From an uncultured Thermoleophilia bacterium (GTDB taxonomy: Bacteria > Actinomycetota > Thermoleophilia > Gaiellales > Gaiellaceae), in the NCBI GenBank assembly GCA_963751875.1, contig CAVVWG010000009.1:4722-68721 (forward strand): 64,000 bases of DNA, in the 5' to 3' direction. Of the stretch, positions 18,841 through 27,130 are shown piece by piece. A model generated the notes under the pieces. It had not been told where the DNA came from. It saw nothing but the letters and a program-made list of their open reading frames with translations, and did not search any database. Position 1 is the first letter of the stretch; each line of letters begins with the position of its first letter. Position numbers and translations under genes: made by a program.

Positions 18841-19760
18841 GCGAGCGCCGCTACCTGGCGCCGCTGCCGCTCGGCGGCGACGAGGGGCCGCCGTGGTCGA
18901 AGGGGCTGATGGCGCGCGCGCTCGCCGCGACGGGCCTGACGCCGACGAGGGCCTACGACCTCGCGCGCCTGGCCGAGGCGGACATGGGCAAGCGCCGTGA
19001 GGTCGAGCTCGATCTCGACCGGCTGTCGGAGCTTGCGACGGAGGTGCTCGGAGAGTCCGAGGCCGCCAGGACGATCCGGCGCCTGCGCCGGCTCCAGGTG
19101 CTCCAGCAGCTCGAGCTGCCGATCTTCCTCCTCGTCGGCGGTGCGACGGGCACCGGCAAGTCGACCCTCGCGACCGAGACGGCGCACCGCCTCGGGATCA
19201 CGCGGGTGACCTCGACCGACTTCATCCGGCAGACGATGCGGGCCTTCTTCTCGCGGGAGTTCATGCCGTCGGTGCACTTCTCGAGCTTCGACGCCGAGCT
19301 GGGGCTGAGCCGCGCCGACGAGGATGTGGCCGATGCCGCATTGCTCGGGTTTCTCGACCAGACGCGGAACGTGCTCGTCGGCGTCGAGGCGGCGATCGAC
19401 CGCTCGCTCACCGAGGGCTGGTCGATGGTGCTCGAGGGCGTGCACATCGTGCCCGGGATGATCTCGGTCGACCGCGCCGACGCGCTCGTCGTCCAGTGCG
19501 TGGTCGCGATCAGCGACGAGGATCTCCACCGGAGCCACTTCTGGGTGCGGGACGCGACGACCGACGGCCTCCGGCCGCTCGAGAAGTATCTCGACGGGAT
19601 GACCGAGATCCGGATGATCCAGGACGTCCTGCTCGAGCGCGCCCGCCGCTTCGACGTGCCCGTGATCGAGAACACCTCGTTCGACGAGGCGATCGGCCAG
19701 ATGCTCGACCTCGTGCTGACCGGGGCGGAGAGACTGGCGCCGGCCCGGACGACAGGCTGA
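18837..19760 (+). CDS. pgk2: 2-phosphoglycerate kinase
   Basis: ATP-cone-like PWSKGLMARAL; GGATGTGKSTLA; RLGITRVTSTDFIRQTMR; EGVHIVPG; IRMIQD. Confidence 0.88.
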   Translation: MSERRYLAPLPLGGDEGPPWSKGLMARALAATGLTPTRAYDLARLAEADMGKRREVELDLDRLSELATEVLGESEAARTIRRLRRLQVLQQLELPIFLLVGGATGTGKSTLATETAHRLGITRVTSTDFIRQTMRAFFSREFMPSVHFSSFDAELGLSRADEDVADAALLGFLDQTRNVLVGVEAAIDRSLTEGWSMVLEGVHIVPGMISVDRADALVVQCVVAISDEDLHRSHFWVRDATTDGLRPLEKYLDGMTEIRMIQDVLLERARRFDVPVIENTSFDEAIGQMLDLVLTGAERLAPARTTG

Positions 19761-19771
19761 AGCCTGTCGCC
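19743..19771. repeat. REP copy overlapping the pgk2 stop codon
   Basis: GCCCGGACGACAGGC-TGAA-GCCTGTCGCC, near-identical to the arm at 11689. Confidence 0.8.
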
Positions 19772-19807
19772 GGCTGAGGCCTGCCGCCTCACAGCTAGAG
19801 TGGCCGC

Positions 19808-20107
19808 ATGGTCACCGAGAACGACGTCATCGAAGCGCTGCACGGGGTCGAGGATCCCGAGCTCGGCATGGACATCGTCGAGATCGGCCTCTTCTACGAG
19901 GCGGAGATCGAGGGCTCGAACGTGAAGATCATCCACTCGCTGACCTCGATGGGCTGCCCGGCGGGCCCGATGATCCAGGAAGGCATCCACGACGCCGTCG
20001 CGGCGCTGCCCGGCGTCGAGAAGGTCGACGTCGAGCTGACGTTCGACCCCCCGTGGACGCCCGACCGGATGTCGGACGACGCCAAGTTCATCCTGGGTTT
20101 CGGCTAG
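19808..20107 (+). CDS. DUF59/SufT-like metal-sulfur cluster assembly protein
   Basis: VEDPELGMDIVEIG, LTSMGCP, FDPPWTPDRMS. Confidence 0.92.
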   Translation: MVTENDVIEALHGVEDPELGMDIVEIGLFYEAEIEGSNVKIIHSLTSMGCPAGPMIQEGIHDAVAALPGVEKVDVELTFDPPWTPDRMSDDAKFILGFG

Positions 20108-20111
20108 CCCG

Positions 20112-20697
20112 CTACGGCGTCGGCGGCTGGGGTGTAGCTGCCTTGGCCGGGGCCTTCGTCGGCGTGTAGGCGCAGATCACGTAGCCGGCGAGGCGCTTCT
20201 TGCCGCCCGAGCTGCGGGCGGTGATGATCCAGCCGGTCGCCTTGGCGCGATCGTCGACGGCGTTGGTGCCGTTCGCCGGGGCCGAGTTGATCAGGCTGCC
20301 GTAGAAGTCGTTGCCGGCGTAGTCCGTGGTCGTCGTCGAGAGGAACCCACCGCCGCCGCCGACCGGCACCTGGCCGGTGTCGCAGGGGATCAGGAGCTGC
20401 GCCTCGCCGAGGGCCGTCAGGTCCTTGGTCGCCCGGCGGACGACGAACGCGAGACCGGCGGGGATCGTCCCCGGAGCGAGGTCGCCGGCCTTCAGCGTCC
20501 CGTTCTTGATGTCCGCCCCGGTGACGGCACCGGAGCGGATCTTGTCGCCCGTGACCGCGTTCGGCTCGTAGCTGGGCGGTGCCGACGCTGCCGGCGGGCA
20601 GGACGGCGCTCCGCACCGCCTCGCCGACGCCCGTGAATCCGAGCGCCGCGACGACGAGAGCAGCGAGAGCAAGGCAGCGAGAGACGGGATCGCGCAT
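20112..20697 (-). CDS. secreted hypothetical protein (frameshift)
   Basis: Signal peptide; GSVGTAQL/NAVTGDKI/GAVTGADIKNGTL repeats; two Cys. Confidence 0.65.
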
Positions 20698-20700
20698 GGA

Positions 20701-20718
20701 GAGAGGCTTCAGCCTCTC
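20701..20718. repeat. REP-like palindrome
   Basis: GAGAGGC-TTCA-GCCTCTC. Confidence 0.75.
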
Positions 20719-20745
20719 GCCCGGGTTTCCTGCCGCGCCGAGGAG

Positions 20746-21729
20746 CTAGGGAATCGACAGGACGATCTTGCCGAGCTGCAGGCCCGCCTCGAGACGCTCG
20801 TGCGCGGCCCGCGTCTCGGCGAGCGGGATGACGGTGTCGACGTGCACCCGGGCACGGCCGCTGCGAATCAGGTCGTACGCGCCGAGGAAGTCGTCCCGCG
20901 AGCCCATCGTCGAGCCGTAGACCGTCAGCTGCTTCCACCAGAACCGATGGAGCGCAGCCGGCGGGTTCGGGCCGCTCGTCGCGCCGCAGACGGCCACACG
21001 GCCGGCGGGCGCGACCGCGGCGAGCGACCTGGCCCAGGTCGCCTCGCCGACCGTCTCGACGACGATGTCGGCGCCGCCACCGGTCGCCTCCTTCACGGTC
21101 TTGACGACGTCGCCGGTGTGGTGGTTCACCGCGACGTCGGCGCCCCAGGCGAGCGCCTGCGCGAGCTTCTCGTCGCTGCCGGAGGTGACGATCGTGCGTG
21201 CGCCGAGCGCCCGGCAGATCTCGAACGCCGCCGTCGCGACCCCGCCGCCGATGCCCCAGATCAGCACCCACTCGCCCGGCTGCACGGCCGCCTTGGTGAC
21301 GAGCATCCGGTAGGCGGTCTCGTAGACGAGCGGAAATGCCGCCGCCTGCTCGAACGTCAGCGCGTCGTCGAGCGCGAACACCTGCGCCGCGTCGACCGCG
21401 ATCAGCTCGCAGTGGGTGCCGTCGGAATGCTCGCCGAGCACCGAGATCAGGTGCCCGTGCTCGAGGCCGGGGTTGAGCACGACCCGGTCGCCGACGGCGA
21501 ATCCGTCGACTCCCGATCCGAGCGCCTCGACGACCCCGGCACCGTCCGCTCCCAGGATCCGGGGCTTCGGCACGGAAGGGAGGCCCATGCGCACCCACAC
21601 ATCGAGGTGGTTGAGCGACGCGGCTGCGAGGCGGACGAGAACCTGGCCGTCGGCCGGTTCCGGATCGGGAACGTCCTCGTACCGCAGGACCTCAGGCCCG
21701 CCGTCCTCGTGGATTCGGATCGCCTTCAC
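20746..21729 (-). CDS. zinc-binding (MDR) dehydrogenase / quinone oxidoreductase
   Basis: KAIRIHEDGGPEVL, SLNHLD, GADGAG, WGIGGGV, GSTMG. Confidence 0.9.
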   Translation of the reverse strand: MKAIRIHEDGGPEVLRYEDVPDPEPADGQVLVRLAAASLNHLDVWVRMGLPSVPKPRILGADGAGVVEALGSGVDGFAVGDRVVLNPGLEHGHLISVLGEHSDGTHCELIAVDAAQVFALDDALTFEQAAAFPLVYETAYRMLVTKAAVQPGEWVLIWGIGGGVATAAFEICRALGARTIVTSGSDEKLAQALAWGADVAVNHHTGDVVKTVKEATGGGADIVVETVGEATWARSLAAVAPAGRVAVCGATSGPNPPAALHRFWWKQLTVYGSTMGSRDDFLGAYDLIRSGRARVHVDTVIPLAETRAAHERLEAGLQLGKIVLSIP

Positions 21730-21744
21730 GGGCAGAATCCTCTC

Positions 21745-22752
21745 ATGACGGCCGCCGAGCTCGCACGCGCAGCCGAGGAGCTCGGGATCGACGTCATCGG
21801 CGCGGCGCCGGCGGAGGCCTACGACGAGACCGAGCAGCACATCATCGACCGGCGCGATCGCGGCCTCTTCGCCGGGATGAAGTTCACGATGGCGCGGCCC
21901 GAGGTCTCGTGCCACCCCGAGCTGCTGCTCGACGGCGAGGCGCGCACCGTCGTGTCGGCGGCCCTCTGTTACTGGGCCGACGCGCCCGACCCGGCGCCCG
22001 GCGAAGGACGCCTGCCGCGCTATGCCTGGATCGACCACTACGCGCTGCTCCGCGAGCGCCTCGATGCGCTCGGCAGGCAGCTCGGCGGGCGCTACCGCGT
22101 GCTCGTCGACGAGAACCAGCACGTCGACCGGGAGGGAGCGCGGCGCGCGGGCGTCGGGTTCTACGGCAAGAACACGATGATGATCACGCGCGAGCACGGC
22201 TCCTGGGTGGTGCTCGGAACGCTCGTCACCGACGCCGAGATCGAGTCGACCGCGCCGCTCGATCTCGACTGCGGCCGCTGCCGCCTCTGCATCGACGCCT
22301 GCCCGACCGGCGCGCTCGACGATCCCGGCGTGCTCGACGCGAACCGCTGCCTCTCGTTCTGGACGCAGGCCCCGGCTCCCGTGCCGGAGCCCTACCGGGT
22401 GGAGCTCGGCGCGTCCGTCTACGGCTGCGACATCTGCCAGGACGTCTGCCCCTGGAATCGCGGCATCGAGAAGCGGCGCGCCGACCGGCCGCTCCCGGCC
22501 GGTGCGACCCCGAACGTCTCGCTCCTCGACTGGCTCACGCGCGACGGCGCGGAGCTGATCGACGAGGTCGACCGCCTCTACGTTCCGCGCAACGACCCCC
22601 GCTGGCTGCGCCGGAACGCGCTCACCGCGCTCGGCAACGTGGGCGCCGCGGACGACCTGCCACTCGCCGAGGCATGGGTGGTGAGCGACGACCCGATGCT
22701 CGCCGAGACGGCGGCCTGGGCGGTCGAGCGGATCACGGAGCGGGCGGGATGA
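21745..22752 (+). CDS. queG: epoxyqueuosine reductase
   Basis: GFYGKN, CGRCRLCIDACPTGAL, YGCDICQDVCPWN, RRNALTALGN. Confidence 0.93.
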   Translation: MTAAELARAAEELGIDVIGAAPAEAYDETEQHIIDRRDRGLFAGMKFTMARPEVSCHPELLLDGEARTVVSAALCYWADAPDPAPGEGRLPRYAWIDHYALLRERLDALGRQLGGRYRVLVDENQHVDREGARRAGVGFYGKNTMMITREHGSWVVLGTLVTDAEIESTAPLDLDCGRCRLCIDACPTGALDDPGVLDANRCLSFWTQAPAPVPEPYRVELGASVYGCDICQDVCPWNRGIEKRRADRPLPAGATPNVSLLDWLTRDGAELIDEVDRLYVPRNDPRWLRRNALTALGNVGAADDLPLAEAWVVSDDPMLAETAAWAVERITERAG

Positions 22753-23389
22753 GCGGCGACCCGAGCGGTCTCGCCGTGGTCGTGCACGAGATCCGGAGCC
22801 CCGTTGCGGCGCTCGTCGCGATCGCGGCTGCCTATCCCGACGCAGACGAGCGCTAGGCAGAAGCGGCTCCTCGAGCTCGCGGAGGCAGCGCTCGTCAGCA
22901 TCGAGCGGCTCCTCGTCGAGGCACCGACGGTCTCCCTCCGCGCCGAGCGGCTCGATGTCGGCCGCCTCGCGCTCGATGCCGCCGAGACGGCGGCGCTCAC
23001 GAGCGGGTTCAGCGTCGTCGCCCGGACGGAGGACGGGCTCGTCGTCGTGGGCGACCCCGAGCGGCTGCGACAGGCGCTCGACAACCTGATCGGCAACGCG
23101 ATCGGGCACTCGCCAGACGGAGGCGAGGTCGACCGTGACGGCGGCCCGCCGCGGCGGCGTGATCACGATCGAGGTCGCCGACGAAGGGGACGGCATCCCG
23201 GCCGCCGACCTCGAGCGCATGTTCGAGCCGGGCGTCCGGCTCACGAGCGACCGACCGGGCTCGGGCCTCGGGCTCGCCGTCGTGCGGGCGATCGCGCGGG
23301 CGCACGGGGGAGAGGTCGAGGTCGAATCGACCCCTGGTCAGGGCTCGACGTTCAGGCTCGTGCTGCCGGGCGCTTCCGGCGCACCGTGA
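22749..23389 (+). CDS. sensor-less histidine kinase (frameshifted)
   Basis: HEIRSP at the N-terminus; RLRQALDNLIGNA, DEGDGI, GSGLGL, GQGSTF. Confidence 0.8.
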
Positions 23390-25388
23390 CGCCGAGCTCC
23401 TGCTGGAGCGCGCGCGCACGGGCGGCGATGCGCGCCCGCATGTCGGCCGGCTCGAGCACGACCGTCTCGCCTGCGTCGGCGAGCACCTCGGAGAGGAGCC
23501 ACTCGTCGGTCTTGAACGGCAGCTCCGACAGCGCCGCCTTGTCGGTCAGCAGCCGGCCGCCGCGCTGCTCGACCTTCCAGCGCGCGACGACGGGGGAGTG
23601 CCAGAGCCGGGCAAGGCGCGGCTCGGTGAGGTAGCTCGGGTCGAACGCCTCGCGGGGCTCGAACGACTCCTCGGTGAGACGGGCGGAGCGCATCCGGTCG
23701 AGGCGGTAGGTGCGCGGCCCGTCGGCGGTGCGATCCCAGGTGTGGACGCGCCAGACCGGCAGCTCGCGCACGAACGAGTACGGCTCGACGGAGCGCGTCG
23801 TCGGCGTCTCGTCGCCTTCCTTCAGGTACTCGATCTCGACGACGCGCCGCTTCTCGACGGCGTCCGAGAGCGTGCGCACGAGCTGCTCCTCGGCGTCGCC
23901 CGCGTCGCCGCGGAGCGTCTGCGGCAGGTCGAACTGGCCGAACGTCTCCTCGAGCTTCTTGCGCACCCGGTCGAGCGGCGTGTGCGCCTCGGCGGCGATC
24001 GTGGGGCCGACGTAGTCGATCGCGAGCCGGATCGCGCGCGCCTCGAGCGGCGTCAGGCGGGGCGGCTTGCGGAACACGTCGCCGTAGAGCTCCTTGTCGA
24101 CCCGGACGATTCCCGCCTCCTCGTCGACCTCGGCGTAGACGGTGTAACAGCCGCCGCCGAAGTTGACCAGGTTGAGCAGCGAGAGCGTGTCCTGCAGCTC
24201 CTCGCGCGGGATCGAGAACCGGGAGGCGAGATCGTCGGCGTCGAGGCGGGCGTCGCGGTTCTCGCCGCAGGCGGAGAGGACATGCGCGAGGAGCGCCTGG
24301 AGCACGCCGAAGCGCTCCGGCGCGATCGGCCCGACGGGACGGTCGCCACGCTCGGTCGACACGTCGACGCGGCGCTCGCGGGCCAGCACGGGGCTCTCGC
24401 CGTCGTGCTGCTCGCGCAGCAGCGCGAGCCCGTCGGCGACCGCGTCGCGCAGCGCCTTGGGCTCGAGCGGGATCGCGCGCCCGTTCTGGCGCAGCACCCA
24501 GCCGGCCAGCGGCTCGATCCGCGCGAACGTGGTCTCGAAGACGCCGTCCGTGAGCACGCCCGCATCCGCGAGCGTGCGGTGGACCCACCAGGCGGTGTCG
24601 CCCTGCACGGCGATGCGAGCCGTGCCGACGGTCTCGCCGATCTGCCAGGGTCGGGGGACGCGATGCGCCTCGACGTCGAAGTCGGGCGGCAGCCGGAAGT
24701 CGCGCTCGCGCCGCGTCGCGAAGCGAATGTCGCCGCGGATGCGGGAGACCCGGAAGGTGCGGACGGCGGCGCGGTCGAGATCCTGGCCGACGACGTACCA
24801 GACTCCTTCGTCGAGCCGGAGCGCGTAGGGGTTGAGCGTGCGCTCGCTGACCTTGTCGCGCTGGGGCGACCAGTAGTTGAACTTGATCGTCCGCTGCTTC
24901 GAGATCGCCGCCTCGAGCTTCGACAGGCGGCCGGCGAGCTCGGGCGAGTAGTCCGGTGCGCTGACCCGGACGCGCTCGGCCGTGTCGGTGCGCGCCTCGT
25001 CGAACCCCGGCCGGCCGAGTGCCAGGTTCTGCAGCGCGAGGCGCAACGGCTCGGCGTAGGCGAACTTGCCGTCGAGGTAGAAGAGCGCCGTCTGCAGCGC
25101 CGCCAGCTCGTCGTCCTTGAGATCGAGCCGGTCGAGGAAGTAGTTCTCGGAGCGGAGGGTGTAGAGCTCCTCGCCGGTGAACTCGTCGCGCTGCGAGTGG
25201 AGCGGCACGCCGAGCCCGGTGAGCTCGGCGCGGTCGGAGTAGAACCGCCGCGCGAACGCCTCGTCGGACATCTCCGAGTAGCCCTCGACGTTGCCCTTGA
25301 CGTCGCGGGCGGTCAGCGGCCGGCGCTCCGCCATCAGGAAGGCGACGAGCGAGAGTTGACGGATGAGCTTGTCGGTGTCGTGGGACAT
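23352..25388 (-). CDS. pafBC: fused PafB-PafC WYL-domain transcriptional regulator
   Basis: Two HTH-WYL-WCX modules: RRFYSDRAELTGLG..., WYVVGQD...RTFRVSRI; PPRLTPLEA, RTYRLDRM. Confidence 0.85.
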   Translation of the reverse strand: MSHDTDKLIRQLSLVAFLMAERRPLTARDVKGNVEGYSEMSDEAFARRFYSDRAELTGLGVPLHSQRDEFTGEELYTLRSENYFLDRLDLKDDELAALQTALFYLDGKFAYAEPLRLALQNLALGRPGFDEARTDTAERVRVSAPDYSPELAGRLSKLEAAISKQRTIKFNYWSPQRDKVSERTLNPYALRLDEGVWYVVGQDLDRAAVRTFRVSRIRGDIRFATRRERDFRLPPDFDVEAHRVPRPWQIGETVGTARIAVQGDTAWWVHRTLADAGVLTDGVFETTFARIEPLAGWVLRQNGRAIPLEPKALRDAVADGLALLREQHDGESPVLARERRVDVSTERGDRPVGPIAPERFGVLQALLAHVLSACGENRDARLDADDLASRFSIPREELQDTLSLLNLVNFGGGCYTVYAEVDEEAGIVRVDKELYGDVFRKPPRLTPLEARAIRLAIDYVGPTIAAEAHTPLDRVRKKLEETFGQFDLPQTLRGDAGDAEEQLVRTLSDAVEKRRVVEIEYLKEGDETPTTRSVEPYSFVRELPVWRVHTWDRTADGPRTYRLDRMRSARLTEESFEPREAFDPSYLTEPRLARLWHSPVVARWKVEQRGGRLLTDKAALSELPFKTDEWLLSEVLADAGETVVLEPADMRARIAARARALQQELGVTVRRKRPAARA

Positions 25389-25442
25389 CGTGGGGTCGAG
25401 CTTACCGCCGGGATGAGGGCGGTGGAGAGCCGGGACGGGGTT

Positions 25443-25515
25443 GGGGAGAGGCTTCAGCCTCACCCGCAGGTTCAGCTCGCAAGGCGACGTGCGGGTAGAG
25501 GCTAAAGCCTCACCC
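25443..25515. repeat. inverted REP doublet upstream of pafBC
   Basis: GGGGAGAGGCTTCAGCCTCACCCGCA ... TGCGGGTAGAGGCTAAAGCCTCACCC. Confidence 0.8.
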
Positions 25516-25529
25516 TCCGTCACGCGCGG

Positions 25530-25982
25530 CTACGCAGCGAGCGACGTGCGTGCTTCGAGATGCTGGTGCGACGGGCAGTAGTCGCGGTTCGGCAGCGGTG
25601 TCCGCTGGCAGGCCTTGCCCTTGCGGGTCGTCGCCTTGCAGCGGGCGATGCCGCCGTCGAACGCTCCGGCCTCGATCTGCTGCTCGATGAACGCGATCGC
25701 GGCGCCGACGCCCTCGCGCACCGACCAGGCAACGCGGGCCTGCGCGGTGATCGGGAAGTAGCGGCGAATGTCCTGGAAAAGCGCACGATCGGGGCGCGCG
25801 AAGTACTGCGGATCGGCTGCAAGGCGCGACATCGTCAGCTCGCACTCCTCCAGCACCGCGCGGCGCGACTCGAGGCGCGTCTCGTGATCGGTGTACGGGT
25901 CGATCAGATCCTTGATCGACCGGTAGATCGCCCGTGAATATTGATACATGCAGGACTGCAAATAGGCGACGTGGTCTTCCAT
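25530..25982 (-). CDS. hypothetical protein with C-terminal C-x9-C-x10-C-x2-H zinc finger
   Basis: CKATTRKGKACQRTPLPNRDYCPSH; TTGTAA-N17-TAGACT promoter and GAGGGAG SD upstream. Confidence 0.75.
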   Translation of the reverse strand: MEDHVAYLQSCMYQYSRAIYRSIKDLIDPYTDHETRLESRRAVLEECELTMSRLAADPQYFARPDRALFQDIRRYFPITAQARVAWSVREGVGAAIAFIEQQIEAGAFDGGIARCKATTRKGKACQRTPLPNRDYCPSHQHLEARTSLAA

Positions 25983-26119
25983 CAGGCGGATCTCACTCCC
26001 TCGGAAACACTGTATGTAGGCGGATAATGGGTGGTAGTCACCCGATTGATACGTCGAGTCTACCCGCTTTGCTTCGTTGTTACAAACTCGGGCTCGAATT
26101 TGCCACCGAAGGCAACGGA

Positions 26120-26677
26120 TCAGCGGCTGACGCGTTGGGTGCGGGCACCGCGTTGCACCCCGCGGGCCTCGCGCAGGCGGCTCGTCGCCTCCGGCTCGCT
26201 CGGATAGACGCCGGCGAAGACGACCCAGTACCCGGGATGGAGGCTCGCATAGCGCGACGAATCGAGCACGCCGACACGTCGCAATCCCCTCCGGCGAGCC
26301 TGCTCTGCGCGCGCAACGGCAGCGTCACGGCCGTCTACCTTCGGAACCGAGATCGAGGATGTTCGTCCAGCCCGTCGTCCCGGTGGGCCACTCGGCGAGC
26401 GCGGACTCCGAGCCGCACGGTGGCGGCGGCGAACGGTCTCGCTGCCTCCGGTGGCGGTGAGGATCGTGGTCGCCGTCGCCGTGTCACGCGTCAACGCGAT
26501 CGCGGCCGCGGCGCCGGCGATGGCGACGACCGCCGCCACGAGCAGCGGCAGCATCACCTGGCGCGGGCTCGCCGGTGCCGGCCCGAGGCGGGACGCACCG
26601 GGGAGCCGGAGCCCGCACTCGAGACAGAACTCCTGCCCTGCGGCGATGTCTCCGCCGCAGCGCGGGCACGCCGTCAT
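26120..26677 (-). CDS. zinc-ribbon, TM and SPOR-like domain protein (frameshifts)
   Basis: CPRC...CLEC, TM helix, GVLDSSRYASLHPGYWVVFAGVY. Confidence 0.7.
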   Translation of the reverse strand: MTACPRCGGDIAAGQEFCLECGLRLPGASRLGPAPASPRQVMLPLLVAAVVAIAGAAAAIALTRDTATATTILTATGGSETVRRRHRAARSPRSPSGPPGRRAGRTSSISVPKVDGRDAAVARAEQARRRGLRRVGVLDSSRYASLHPGYWVVFAGVYPSEPEATSRLREARGVQRGARTQRVSR

Positions 26678-26686
26678 CCGTCGCCT

Positions 26687-27040
26687 CTACGCCTCCACGG
26701 CGGGGGACGTCTCGTCGATCAGGGAGCGACCACAGCTCGGGCAGAAGCGGGCGCCGATCAGCAGCGGTGCGCCGCACGTGCAGATCGCGGCTCCGCGACG
26801 GCGGAGGCCTCGCGCGCCCTGGAGCAGCGCGTCGATCTCGCTCGCGCGGGCCTCGATCGCGACGAGCTCGGCGCACCGCTCGATGATCAGCGTCTCGTTG
26901 AAGTGATCGCGGCGGTACATCTCGAGCGTGAGGCCGCCGAGCTCCCGCAGCCGGTCCTCGCGGAGGAGCAGGAGCGCGCGACGCTCGCGACGGAGGTCGC
27001 TCGCGGCGGGCGCGGCAGGCTTGCTGGAGAAGATCGGCAC
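26687..27040 (-). CDS. zinc-ribbon domain protein
   Basis: LRELGGLTLEMYRRD; CTCG...FCPSCG; TATCCT -10 six nt before GTG at 27040. Confidence 0.75.
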   Translation of the reverse strand: MPIFSSKPAAPAASDLRRERRALLLLREDRLRELGGLTLEMYRRDHFNETLIIERCAELVAIEARASEIDALLQGARGLRRRGAAICTCGAPLLIGARFCPSCGRSLIDETSPAVEA

Positions 27041-27130
27041 GGGGTCAGGATATCGAGCGTGGCCGCGGCGCACCGGGGAGCATGCCCGCGAAGCGGCCCT
27101 TAGGGATTTGCTGCGATCGAGGATTCCGCG

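Noticed and set aside
23352-25388. WYL protein as a marker of a phage-defence island
   Set aside because: The double-module architecture fits PafBC, and the immediate neighbours are not defence genes.
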